Below are positions 1 to 11,853 of a DNA stretch of 64,000 nt, piece after piece (position 1 is the first letter of the stretch; each line of letters opens with the position of its first letter). Below the pieces are notes generated by a model. That model had not been told where the DNA came from. It ran no database searches and saw nothing but the letters and a program-made list of their open reading frames with translations. Source of the stretch: Azolla caroliniana (taxonomy: Eukaryota; Plantae; Polypodiophyta); assembly GCA_043228905.1 (NCBI GenBank), contig JBHGNT010000003.1, forward strand, positions 14,260,001 through 14,324,000, given 5' to 3'. The translations under genes and the position numbers were made by a program.

Positions 1-494
1 TTTATGGAGCTCGTTTTAAAGCGTTTCTGATATATGGTGTTTTCTTTACTGCAAATAAGAATCGATGTTTTCCCTCCACATGAAGCATCATCCATGCTCT
101 CTAATTCTGTTTATTGAGAGAGGAATTAGGCGTCCGTTTCGGAACATGTAACCATTATGCAAGATGCCTTTTCCTGCGTGATCATACGATTTCGATGTGG
201 CCGTTTATTGCCATGAGAACAAGTGGCGTCAGATCCCCGGATCTTGACGATGGTTAATAGAGAGTGTTTGGGAAGTAACCGCCATAGATTGATTAGCCAT
301 AATTTGAAGACATACTTATATTCAGCTGTCTGTTCTTCCACTCTACTAGTAGCCATTTTAGTTTGATATTTCGTGTAATCATACAGTGGCGTTTTGCTAG
401 TTAATAAATAATATGATTCCCATCTCCTACCCCGTTTCTTTGTTTGCATATTCTACGTGTACTCAACGCATTAGTTAACAATAACTAATGAATC

Positions 495-770
495 GAATCC
501 TAACCATTAGTAAGAGATTTTAATTTGTTGTTTTGGAATTATTAAACTGCCTAACACATGAACTAAAGAAGCGAATCCTAACCATTCATAAGAGATTTTA
601 ATTTGTTGTGTTAGAATTATTAAACTGACCTTACACAAGAACTAAAAGAAACGAATCTTAACACCATTAGTAAGAGATTAATTTGTTGTGTTAGAATTAA
701 ACTGCACCATTGGTAAGAGATTGATTTGCTGTTTTCGAATTATTAAACTGCCTTACGCATGAAAAGCGTG
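495..770. repeat. Degenerate tandem repeat, about 77-bp unit, 3-4 copies
   Basis: Unit cgaatcctaaccattagtaagagattttaatttgttg...gaattattaaactg recurs at about 495, 572, 652 and partially 706. Confidence 0.8.
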
Positions 771-1337
771 TCTCATCCTCAAAAACAAGGTACCTGGTAA
801 TCATGAATGAATGGTAGTCTTGCGGTAAAGATTGTACATATGATCATTAATTAGATGCTTACAGCGATAGAACACTGCATAGTGTGTACCGACGCTTCAA
901 CAACATATTGTGTGATCTAACAGTAGAAGCAAAATCCAACCACATGCTCCACATGATGGTTGCCTATTGAATGACCAATGACATTTTTGTGTTGAAAGTT
1001 TTTTGTTTTTCGGTTTCATGGAGAGACCAGACTATTACATCTCTTGAAAAGAATTGTCTGCTAATAATACAGTTTCCCTAGCACATTATTTAAAGACTCT
1101 CTCTGTCTGATGACCATATATTTGAACCTGCTTGAAATACAGGACCTTGCAATTCTGGATATATGCTATTTCATATTGTTGAAAGCTTATGCTGGCAATG
1201 GAAGATAAATCGCACGATGGGTTTATAATGTATGGACAATGAAACCAGCTTGCACCATGCTTTTAGCTGAAGAATGAAAATGCAAGTAGCTCCTCTACAC
1301 TGCCCACAATCAGGATCAAGATCATCGACAGGATCAT

Positions 1338-4300
1338 TCATTGAGACTTCTTGGCGGAGGGGGCAACAGGAGCAGCAGGAGCAGCAGCTGCAGCAACTGC
1401 TGCAAGGGAGGATGCAGTCGTAATGGATGCTTCCTCCAAGGTTCTCTTCTTCGCCACTAAATTAAATGCTTCAATTGTGTCACCTTCTTGCCATTCATTG
1501 AAGTTCTCGATGCCGACCCCACACTCGAGACCTGCAACCACCTGATAGAACCATCCCATGCTTGCAATGAGGACTGATGCTAACAAAAATTCTTTCCATA
1601 TTTTTATAATCTTACTATTTTGTACTGATAATAAATCTCAAGAAGGGAAGTCTCTCACCTCTTTCGCCAATTCTTTAACTCTCCTTAAGGAGGACACAGT
1701 GCCAGTGTAGACCACATTACTGCCTCGAATGACCTTGCAACCACATCCCTTGACAAGTTTTCCATCTGTTACCATACAGCCAGCAACTTTGCCACTCCCA
1801 CTGGTGAATATAGCTCTAACTTCAGCTGTACCAATGGGCACTTGTTCCTAGATCAAGAAAAAAAGGTGCAGAGATGTCACCAAACAAATGAATGCTGTCC
1901 GACCTTAAAAGAGGGCAAGTTTCCCACTAAGATGATAAATGTTGTCTTAACTTTTCAGGAGTGTTTTCTAGAATCAATACATGTACTGAGAAACCATGCA
2001 AATTTAATGCTCACCTGAACGACATCAAGCAAACCCTCCATCGCATTTCTAATGTCATCAATAAGTTCATAGATTACTTTATACAACCGAATCTCAACAC
2101 CTTTATCGTCAGCATATGACTGCACTGCAGACGACACTCCCACATTGAAGGCAATAATAATACCATCACTTGCAACTGCCAAGTCCACATCACTGATCGT
2201 GACATCTCCTGCAGCTTGCATAAGCATTCGCAAGTTTACTGTATCTTGTGGCAGAACCTTTAAGACTTCTCGAATGGCCTCCAATGTGCCCTGTGATAAG
2301 TTGAAATCATCACCTTATTAAAAACATTAAAGTGTGTAGCTCCCAAAAGGGTGACAGCAAATTTGTTATTGAACATGACTTTACAATAAGTTACAATACT
2401 ACAACACACCTGTCATACTAATAAGAATGCACTACTAGCACTTCACGTATATACAGGGAAGAAGTTGCACCCCAGTGTCAGGGCAAAATGATAATATCAG
2501 CTTTCATATCCAATGCACTTCAGGCAAAGTGAGTTTGGGTACTCTGGCCAACATGGATAGCTCGCAACCATATTCACTATGGTCAAGATTTACTTCGATA
2601 CACATCCTATATTCTAGTTTCTCTGTGGCAAGCATTACATTATACCGATTCATGTCCTCTTCTTTGAATGTTTCCAGTCCAATGATATCCTGACCATCTG
2701 CTCATTTCTTTGGGTTAACCTATGAGGGGTTTTCACCTGATTTTGAGATCCCACCAGTGATAAATATTTATTGCTGTTGCAGGATAAGCGATTTGAACTC
2801 TACTGGTAATATGGACATTGCACAACCATATTCACTATCGTCAATTGGGTGCATATCCATATCATACATTTTAGTTTTATACTATCTCAATGTTTACCAG
2901 ATAATGAATGCTGCTAATTCCCCATATCTCCTGACGCCCTAGACATTTATTTGTCATCATGTTTTGTGGTTTCACATCACATCAAAGTTTCCCACCAAGA
3001 AATATAAAACTACACTAATAATAATGATGATCGAAAATAAATACACATAGGGATATTCTGCTATAAATGAAAACGAGGGTTGAGTCACTACCTGCACATC
3101 AACCTTCAGGATGGCATTCAGTTGATGCCTTTCCACGCCTCCTTCTGCACCTTGTGCAACAGATGTAGCAAGAGATGCAAGTGTCACTTTCCCTTCAGCT
3201 GCTTGAGCCGCAAGACGAGCAAGTCTTGTAACTTCAGCACATTCTTCCGCTCTCTCCCGAGCAACATCTAGGGAATCGAGAACCTCAAATTCCTCTCCAG
3301 CAACAGGAACGCTGCTCAAACCAAATACCTGCAAACGCAAGTGTGCAAGTGCATGAGAATAATGACTCTAAAACTTAAAATTACGCAGGATTAGGTATAT
3401 ACAAAGTGTAAAATCCCTAACCTGTACAGCTGTGGATGGTCCAACCATATCCACACGAACTCCAGTATAATCAACTAAAGCACGTACCTAGATGCATGTT
3501 TTAAATGAGTGGTCACAACAACGAACCAGAATACATGTTTAACCAGTTCAAAGGAAAGAGACGCGACTGGAACCTTAAACATCACTTACCTTACCATAGG
3601 CCTCACCACAAAGAACTACATCACCCTTCTTCAATGTGCCATTCTGAACAAGTAGAGTGGCCAAAACTCCCTTTGTTTTATCGAGGCATGACTCTATGAC
3701 AGTTCCTTTTGCACTTCTGTTTGGATTTGCTTTCAACTCTTGTAACTGTCAACATTTTGATAAATGTATGGTCTTAGTTTGCATGAACATATATTGGTAA
3801 ATCCAAAATTAACTACTCGTACAGGAACCATACATACCTCTGCCATTAGCATTACAGTCTCTAATAGAGCATCCACATTTTGACCATTAAGAGCACTAAT
3901 CTGAATATACAAAACAATGCTCAGGTATGTTAATTTGATGTAAATATGTTGTGGAAATAGGGTAATTACTGCTCATAAACTTGACGTGCATACTACGAGT
4001 ATCATTACCTGAACCATGGGAACATCTCCACCCCAATCTTCAGGCAGGAGACCAATGCTAGAAAGCTCTTGCATCACCCTCTCTGGTTCTGCACCTTCCT
4101 TGTCAATCTGAAAACCACATTGATAGTCCAAGTTACAAATTAATATGATGGCATAGTTTCAACTTCCAAACACCCATTAGTCCATCAAAGCTAACAAGAA
4201 ACTATCAACATTCACCTGTCACCTAGATCCATGTTTTTGAAATGTTTGCGATTCTTAAGGAAATACAATTCAAAATGTTCCCCATTATGAGATATTCCTA

Positions 4301-7300
4301 ATACATGCTTGCAAAATTCTTTAACGTAGAGACCTAAACTGTAAAGAAAACTCAAAACAGCGAAGAAAGAAAAACAAGGGAAGAAATATAATAGTCCTAG
4401 GATAAGAAAAGAAATGCAAACAAGCATATAAAGACGTCCATGTGATGATGTGAATGCAAAGGTCTTGGCTCAAGGAATGCAAGGTACTCAACTTCAACAT
4501 GCACAGACTGGACAGAAAACTGTTATGTCCACCAAATACCTGCAGGTTGTAACTGCTGGTGATGGCATATGCTCCCACGAGCTGAAGTCAGCCACGTGGT
4601 ATGCTGTGTTAGTGCTGTGGTAGTCAGGAGAGATTCATATTCTACACCATTAAATGACCATATCATTTCTTTCGTATCTACAAGTCCATCCACATATTTA
4701 TAATGTAAATTCCTTTTTCCACAGCTCAATTTGAATGGTTCAAATATCATATGCTAATCACACTGGGATCACCATTCCAGTTACTCTCACATCAATTCTA
4801 ACGGATTCATTACACTTACCAAAATATTCCAATTACTCTCACATATGCATTACAAGCACAATGATTGACAAACTTTACCCTTCATCATTTTCTGGTGGTT
4901 CAAAGACCTGTTTGTTTGAGATTACATCCATACCTGAGAATCACAATATACCTCTTGCACCCTGATTTTCACTATGTAGTCAGCCTTTTCACCCCTTGAT
5001 CCTTAGCTAGCGTTTCTAGTGAGGTTGGACTTTCTTTACACTTTTATGTTGGTTGTATGATATGTTTAATGTTGGAACTTGGCCAGAATATTCTCATACT
5101 CCATCATGATTTATTCAGGTTTTGATGCAATTTGTTTTCAAGGTTTTGCAGGTCCATTAGATTGCTGCTTCATTTTTGGTTTTAGCCAATCACTCAGCCA
5201 TTTCCCTTTCATCACTGTGCTCACCTTTGCTATTTGTACTTTTTAATTGCGTTTGAAAAACCACACTAGCTAGAATTGATCAACAAATTACACAAATATA
5301 AAAGAAAGGTTGACCATAAGGGAGAGAATCTCTCGTCCCAATGTTCACTGAAACCTGTGACTGTCAATCAACTTTCATGCAAAAGTATGCGCATAGGGGG
5401 TCACTAAGAAAATCAACGAGACAATAACAAATAGAACTTGACCTCATTTACTCATTTCATATTCTACTCAATGTGAAGCTAAAGCTCGATCATAAAATAT
5501 ACCCATAAACATAGACGTGTTATTACCTATAATGCATCAAAGGAGGCTATGAAGACTATTATTTTTACAGCTAGAACCCAGGTTACAGACACCTTAATAC
5601 ATTCAATATGAAACGAATAGTGTCTTCTAGCGAAATTACTATTCATTTGTCACTGCCCACAAACTTGATGGTACATTCCTCGTAAATAGCTTCCTCCAGT
5701 ATAGAAACATAATGACACATCCATGCTTGTAGCCCATTGAAAATAAAGCAAAGCCGGGAGAAACATAGGACATGGACCAAAAAGAACTCATTAGAGAAGA
5801 AGACAAACCTTATTGATAGCCACCACAATTGGAACATTTGCCGCTTTAGCATGAGCGATGGCCTCTTGTGTTTGTGGCCTCACTCCATCATCAGCTGCAA
5901 CGACAATAATTGCAATGTCCGTCACACGTGCACCCCGAGCTCGCATTGCAGTAAATGCCTATGAGACAAAGCGACCAAATATAATATAACAATGAGATAG
6001 AAGAAATTGATGGAAGAAAGAAAGACATGAAACACTAGTAGGCTCATGGTCACAGGAATCAGAGGCTTCACCTGATGTCCCGGTGTATCTAGGAAAACAC
6101 AAGACTGAACTTGGTCGTCAACAATAACAGGTACACTATATGCACCAATACCCTGAGTAATGCCTCCTGCCTCACTAGCTGCAACCTACATATTTATTAC
6201 CACTTCCAGTTCAGCGACCAATTGAAGTTTACATCAATCAACAATAATTACAAAAGCTTTGTCACCTTGCTCTTCCTGATGAAGTCCAATAAGGAAGTCT
6301 ACAACCACAAAACACACTTATATATCAGTATTTTTCAGGACAAGTGATCTAGGTAATATTAAAAAAAACAAGGGTGAAGACTCTGACCTTTCCATGATCA
6401 ACATGGCCCATTATGGTTACAACAGGAGGCCGTACTTCCAGATTATCAAGGTCATCCTCATCCAAAAACTCAGTCTTCTTGGCCATATCCTCTAACTTCA
6501 GAGTTCCAGCTTCGACAACCTCCACATCAAATGCTTCGCAAACAAGTTTGATGGTATCTTCATCAAGAGTTTGATTAACAGTTGTTGCTATTCCTTTCAT
6601 GAAAAGTGTCTTGACAATTTCCGCATCATTGACAGCCAATTTTGAAGCCAAGTCTGGAACAGACATTCCTTCTTTCCCCACTTCTAGAATGTCCACTTTC
6701 ACGGGTGCTGCAGCTCGGGCAGCCTCTGCTCGAATAGCCTTGCGGCTTGCCTTGGACATCTTCCTACCCCCTCTACGAGCATCCATAGTACCTGTTTGAC
6801 CATCATCAGCATTGATCGCCTTTCCGCCCGTCCTTCTCTTTAACCCTTCTCCTAATGATGATGAGACTGATTTCTTTTTCCAATCTTCCTTGCCCTTTGG
6901 AGCACCTGATTTTCCCGACTTGACTGTTGGATCTAAAACATTAGCTCCTGGAGATGTCGGCTTCCCAGTTCCAGGCTTACTAATGGGACCCTGGTTTACA
7001 CCTGGCCTTGTAGCTACACCTGGCTGATCTCTCGCTCCCACGTTTCTTAAAATCACGGGCTTTCTTATAGCTTGGGCACCTTCCTGATTCAGAGGCAGTG
7101 GCCTAGGAGGGGTTTTTGATGGCGGCCCTCGCAATTCTGGCCTTTTCACCTCTGATTGTTGCTTCTGTTGTGGCCCTCCCATCCTAGTGATTGTTGCAGG
7201 CGAGCTTCCATTGCTTCTAACGCTGTCAGCCTTGTTGGCGTTGGACCCAGGAGAGGGTATGAATGCTTGAGGCACATTGGTAGGAGGTGTCGGAGTGGGA

Positions 7301-8070
7301 GGAGGGGGTGTTTCCAGCCCCACTCCTTTTCGCCATGTAGACTTGGTATAAGTCCTATCTTTCTCCTTCTCTTTTTGTGACAACGCGTCATTCTGCTCTT
7401 GCAATTTCTCAGCCTTTTCAAGTATCTGCCCAAGGGAATCAATAGGGCTTTTAGCTTCTGAATTTTCACTGGCGCCAGCTACCTTATTTGCAGGCCTAAA
7501 TGTCTGCCTAACAGTCGAACCATCATCGGGCTTGCTTCCATTCAACCTGGGGGTCCATTTCTTGGTGACATTTGTACTGTTATCCAGAATGAGAGGGCTA
7601 AGCTTAGGCCTTGGCTGCGGCGAAGGCCTCCGAACTAAAGGGTCCGATACTTTGGTTGTTAACAACTCATCGGAAGATGATGATGACTGGTCTGAAGTAT
7701 CCAAACCTGGCTTCAGGGTTGAGGATGAATTCGGGGTAGGTTTGGATTCAATACCTTGCTCGACCACAGCAGTGGTGACTACACATGTAGTCAAAACTCT
7801 CTTCTTGCGGGATGATCCAGAACTTCTGTTGCTGAATCTCTCGCCCAAAAACTGCTTGGAACCATTGAATTGGCACACAAGCCTTCGATGATGGTGATGG
7901 TGATGAGAATGAAGATAGTTCTGATTGTGATGATAAGGATGAGAATTCTGAGATGGAATGGTTACCTGGACAACACTAACGCCCTTCTGGAAGTTGACCA
8001 CGTGTTGGGCGGCAGCAGCAGCAGCAGCAGCAGCCATAGTGGAGGCGGCAACGGTGCAGAGCCCTGCCAT
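1338..8070 (-). CDS. infB: Chloroplast translation initiation factor IF-2 (plant cpIF2/FUG1 homologue), 12 exons, 1089 aa
   Basis: Exons (minus strand): 8070-6388, 6298-6266, 6185-6072, 5958-5809, 4107-4009, 3900-3838, 3745-3590, 3487-3422, 3328-3092, 2290-2015, 1847-1659, 1541-1338; all introns GT..AG. The spliced product has [15 protein letters not shown]|TSLLD (G1), EAGGITQ (G2), FLDTPGH (G3), [25 protein letters not shown]|ID (G4), EDWGG and the C-terminal GLECG. The N-terminus resembles a transit peptide and is followed by a Pro/Lys-rich extension. Confidence 0.96.
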
Positions 8071-8146
8071 ATCTATATGTATCTATAGGTGTCGACAGGA
8101 AATTATACTACAACAAATGATGCTGTTGCATTCATGGTGTAGCAGA

Positions 8147-8285
8147 AAGAAGAGAAGCTGAGAGAGAGGGGGAGGGAGGGAGAGCGCCCACGTCAATAGG
8201 CCATGAAGAAGAAGAAGAAGAAGAAGAAGAAGAAGAGCACTTGTGGTGCAGCGATGCTCCCTGTGGTAGTAGAGGATATTTTGAT
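8147..8285 (-). promoter_or_regulatory. Probable 5'UTR/proximal promoter of IF-2 with CT/CTT microsatellites and an ACGT-core motif
   Basis: GA-rich tract and (GAA)n at about 8205-8234 (CT/CTT on the gene strand); TGACGTGG (plus strand CCACGTCA, 8188-8195); AAAATATCC near 8274-8282. Motif function is inferred only. Confidence 0.35.
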
Positions 8286-8490
8286 ATGATAGTCTTTTAT
8301 TTTTTGCTTCTTAGTTTCGCTCTCACAAATATATATGTACATATATACATACATATACTGTTATACATATTTTGTGTGTGGGTTTTCTTCTCAGCGCGTG
8401 TGTGTGTCATGAGCAACTTTATCTCTAACAACAATAGTTCTCACTAGTAGTAATTGAATTTTCGTGAGGGTGAGAATGAATGAGGAGAGA

Positions 8491-8514
8491 GGGGGGGGGG
8501 GGGGGGGGGGGGGG
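8491..8514. repeat. Poly-G homopolymer (24 G)
   Basis: Seen directly in the sequence. Confidence 0.9.
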
Positions 8515-9063
8515 AGCGGTGTGAACTTTGACGTATCAAAACATTATCCTATCCCATCCAATCCAATGCAATCCATCCATCCCCATGAATCAACCCACAT
8601 CATTCTTAATTCAGCTTCTGTCACGACTCGAGTGTCATGAAGTTATGCGCATGCATGTGAATTGTGCGCAGGATTGTCAAAGAATTGAACCCAGGAATAT
8701 GGTTTTGATGGCGGAATTGACAATTAAGATAAACTTCTTAAATATCAATTTTATGTGGGTATCATCTCTCTTGGAATGTCCAATCGAAGTTTACATGGGC
8801 GCTTCTTCTTTTTTGTGTCTTTATATTGATGTGAATTTCAATTCCATGTGAGTAAGTTTATGAGCTTGTGTGCACCTATGACCGAGTACACACAAATTAA
8901 TGAGTATGTGTAGAAGTATGTGCATGTACATATGTGCAGTTTTATGCATAGGAATACGTTTATGTCGACAAGCAAGGGATGTGCATTGGATTATATGTGT
9001 ATATACATATATATATAGGTATATGAGTATGTGAGTTTTAATGAGCATGTATATGTGTATAAG

Positions 9064-9335
9064 TGTTGAGAATCAAATTCAACTCCCCTAGTGTGGGAGC
9101 ACCCCTTGGGAATAGTCAAGTTTGTGAACACCCCACCGGGCCACAACTAGTGTGTCATAGAAGTTAGTCCTATGGCACATAGTTACGAGGTAGTTAAGTC
9201 TCCACCTCCCTCCCAAGAGGTGTTTGTAGTGAGAGAATGTAGATAGAAGATGATTACATAAGCATCTTCTCCTCTTCTTTGTAACTATTGGTTGTTTTTC
9301 TTTGTCAATACAGTTTTCTTGTTTTTTGTATACTG

Positions 9336-9382
<47 letters not shown>

Positions 9383-10330
9383 CGAACACACACACACACA
9401 CACACCTCTTCTGTTGCACAAAATCACACCCGATTCTTTACATGGTATCAGAGCAATTGCTAGCTTGATCCAAGCCCATCCGCGTGTGTTGTGTGCACGC
9501 CAACGTTCACGAAGAAACGACCGATAGTTGTAGCAACAACCCCCAACCCTACACAGTTCATATCACAGAGAAGAAGAAGAAGAAGAAAAGTTGTTTCAAC
9601 CAAGTCAACCATCATGAACACTCAAATGGGCAGCTCTCTTCCAAGTGAAAAGCTGGACAAAAATAACTTCACATTTTGGGAATACAAGATGCGCCAATAT
9701 CTTGTCGGCGAAGGTTATTGGAGTTATATTGAGGGAGCACAAGAAATGCAACCCAACACAACACACGTCGACTACCCAACATGGGAGCAAACAACAAGAC
9801 GTGTGCACTGTATTGTCTAGCATCATTCATGATCACATGCTCGGCTATATTCGAGAGGCCAAAACGTCAAAGGAAGCGTGGGGGGACCTTAAAAAGATAT
9901 TCGCAACCAACACAACTGCACGAAAACTTCAATTCCATCAGGAGTTGATCGGAAGCTACACCTTGAAGATCAAGGAGTCGTGCAACTCCCTTGGGTTGAT
10001 CAATGTTAACATTGACGACGATGAAATGGTGTAAATATGCCCTGGTGGCCTAGCACCTCAGTTCAATACAATAAGGTCGACCGTCCTCACAAGGGAGAAT
10101 CCTCCCTCCTTCGATCTCCAATCGATGCTATTGGTCGAAGAAAATCACGTCTGAATGAGGAACAATGTACAAGAAGGACACATGCTCTATTCGAACTCAG
10201 ATGGAGGAAGGGGACACGACCGTGGAAGAAGAAGCAGATTCGGCCAAGGACAACCCCATGAACACAACAAATTCTACTACCGACAAGACATCACAAACAC
10301 ACGAGGAGGAGCGTCTGGTAGAAGGGGGAG
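9064..10330 (+). mobile_element. Ty1/Copia element A, 5' portion (LTR, PBS, degenerate gag)
   Basis: LTR TGTTGAG..TTTACA 9064-9442; PBS TGGTATCAGAGC (tRNA-iMet) 9443-9454; gag from ATG 9614 (MNTQMGSSLPSEKLDKNNFTFWEYKM) with frameshifts; interrupted at 10331 by another LTR. Confidence 0.88.
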
Positions 10331-10859
10331 TGTAAAAGAATATGATTGTGGAAGCTATGACAAAACCAGCTCGTCCAGATAACAAAAGAAAACAAACACA
10401 GGTTTAATGGAAACCTTACACAGGAGAGAGAGTTAGAGCAACACTGAAACGTTTATATTCCAAACACTAAAAACTCTCTGTACATACAAATGTCCTATAG
10501 AACACTTTTTATACAAGTCCCTAAAAGGATTGATAGAAGTATTGACAGGTACTTCAATGCTCATATGGGCGATTGACACTGACTCCCAAAAATATGCCTA
10601 AGTACTAGGCTAGATTTGTAGGCCTCCAACGGCCTACTGGTTCATCTTGATCCGTCTCTTTGATTCGGCTCTTGGTTTCGGATACCAATCCGGATACCTA
10701 TCCGGTTCTCCATTGCGGCTATGGCTTATTCAGCTAATCCGGATCTGGTTGAGCTTGTCCGCTCAACACTCCTCCTCAAGCTCAACTTGAGGCCAGATCA
10801 TAGTGTTTGTGTCGGTGGTAGCCGGTCCTCTCCTCCGGCTCCCCCTGGCATCCTCCCGT
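10331..10859 (-). mobile_element. Copia element B: 3' LTR (10331-10768) plus adjacent PPT/3'UTR fragment
   Basis: TGTAAA...CTCAACA followed by ctcctcctcaagctcaac, the same PPT/LTR junction type as elements C and F on the minus strand. No 5' LTR found. Confidence 0.65.
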
Positions 10860-11691
10860 TGTCATGAAAATCCGTCACTATGTGCGGATCGTGAGGCAGA
10901 ACCACTGGGGTTATGGATGGGAAGGAAATAAGGCTCACACACACAACACAAGGAAGGCTTACACAAACAAGGCACGAGTATTCGAACGTGTTTGTGAAAA
11001 GGAGGGGTGCATGGGCAATCCCGAATCAACCCCTAGTCACAAGGTGAATGAATGCATGTGAGGAAGGCTTACACATGGGCACACGAGGAAAAGGCTTACT
11101 TACACACACGAGAGACAAAGTTTCGAATGCCTTTGTGAAAAGAGAGGTGCATGGGCAAGCCCGAACGCTCCCTTGTTACAAGACACGCGAACACACAAGG
11201 AAAAGGCTTACTTACACACACGAGAGACAAAGTTTTGAATGCCTTTGTGAAAAGAGAGGTGCATGGGCAAGCCCGAACGCTCCCTTGTTACAAGACACGT
11301 GAACACACAAGGAAAAGGCTTACTTACACACACCAGAGATAGAGTTTCAAATGCCTTTGTGAAAAGAGAGGTGCATGGGCAAAGCCCGAACGCTCCCTTG
11401 TTACAAGACACGTGAACACACAAGCAAGGTTTACACACAGGAGACAATTTCAAACGCCTTTGTGAAAGGAGAGGTGCATGGGCAAGCCCGAACGTTCCCT
11501 TGCCACAAGTCGCACGAACACACAAGCAAGATTTACACTAACACGTAAGACACGAAAGTTTGAATGCCTTTGTGAAAGGAGAGGTGCATGGGCAATCCCG
11601 AAACGCTTCCTTGTGATAAGACACGCAAACAAATAAGCACAAATGACAATAACATATAAGACACGTAAGTTTGAATGCCTTTGTGAAAGGA
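10860..11691 (-). mobile_element. LTR fragment H (U5 end at 10860) containing a 112-bp tandem array
   Basis: Terminus TGTCATGAAAA. The minus strand carries TCCATAACCCCAGTGGTT 58 nt from the end, matching a U5 motif in the D and E LTRs. Confidence 0.5.
10925..11691. repeat. Tandem repeat, 112-bp unit, about 6 copies (outer copies degenerate)
   Basis: aggaaaaggcttacttacacaca starts at 11086, 11198 and 11310 (period 112); gaatgcctttgtgaaa...gtgcatgggcaa recurs throughout. Confidence 0.9.
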
Positions 11692-11790
11692 GCGGTGCTC
11701 AGTACAGTTCGTTACTGTTTGACCAAATCATGAAAGGAATAAGGAGCATCTACAGGATCATCCACAACGAGAAGTGGGGGATTTCGTATA

Positions 11791-11853
11791 GGATTTCTAG
11801 AGCGGGCCCTTACAAAAAGGGGTTGTGATGGACCAAGGGAGGTAAGAAGCCCC
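11791..11853 (+). promoter_or_regulatory. Candidate -1 ribosomal frameshift signal of G1
   Basis: G GAT TTC TAG ends the protease frame; the -1 frame (GFLERAL...) is open into the RT-proximal ORF; stem 11804-11811/11827-11834; GGGG 11819 / CCCC 11850. Confidence 0.6.

Noticed and set aside
2520-2940. Short plus-strand ORFs and a ~250-bp degenerate duplication in IF-2 intron 9
   Set aside because: Short, no recognisable motifs; most likely a neutral local duplication.
6349-6387. C-terminal [12 protein letters not shown] of the 573-aa ORF as the protein end
   Set aside because: Read-through into intron 1; the GT donor follows GHVDHGK at 6388.
10320-10340. AGAAGGGGGAG + TGTAAA as a plus-strand PPT and 3' LTR of A
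   Set aside because: The purine run is the RRGS codons of gag, also present in C and F; the LTR does not match the A LTR and has its own PPT at the other end.
10925-11691. CRISPR-like array (also the 28-bp array at 36733-37190)
   Set aside because: Head-to-tail tandem units with no unique spacers, no cas genes and a eukaryotic LTR context.
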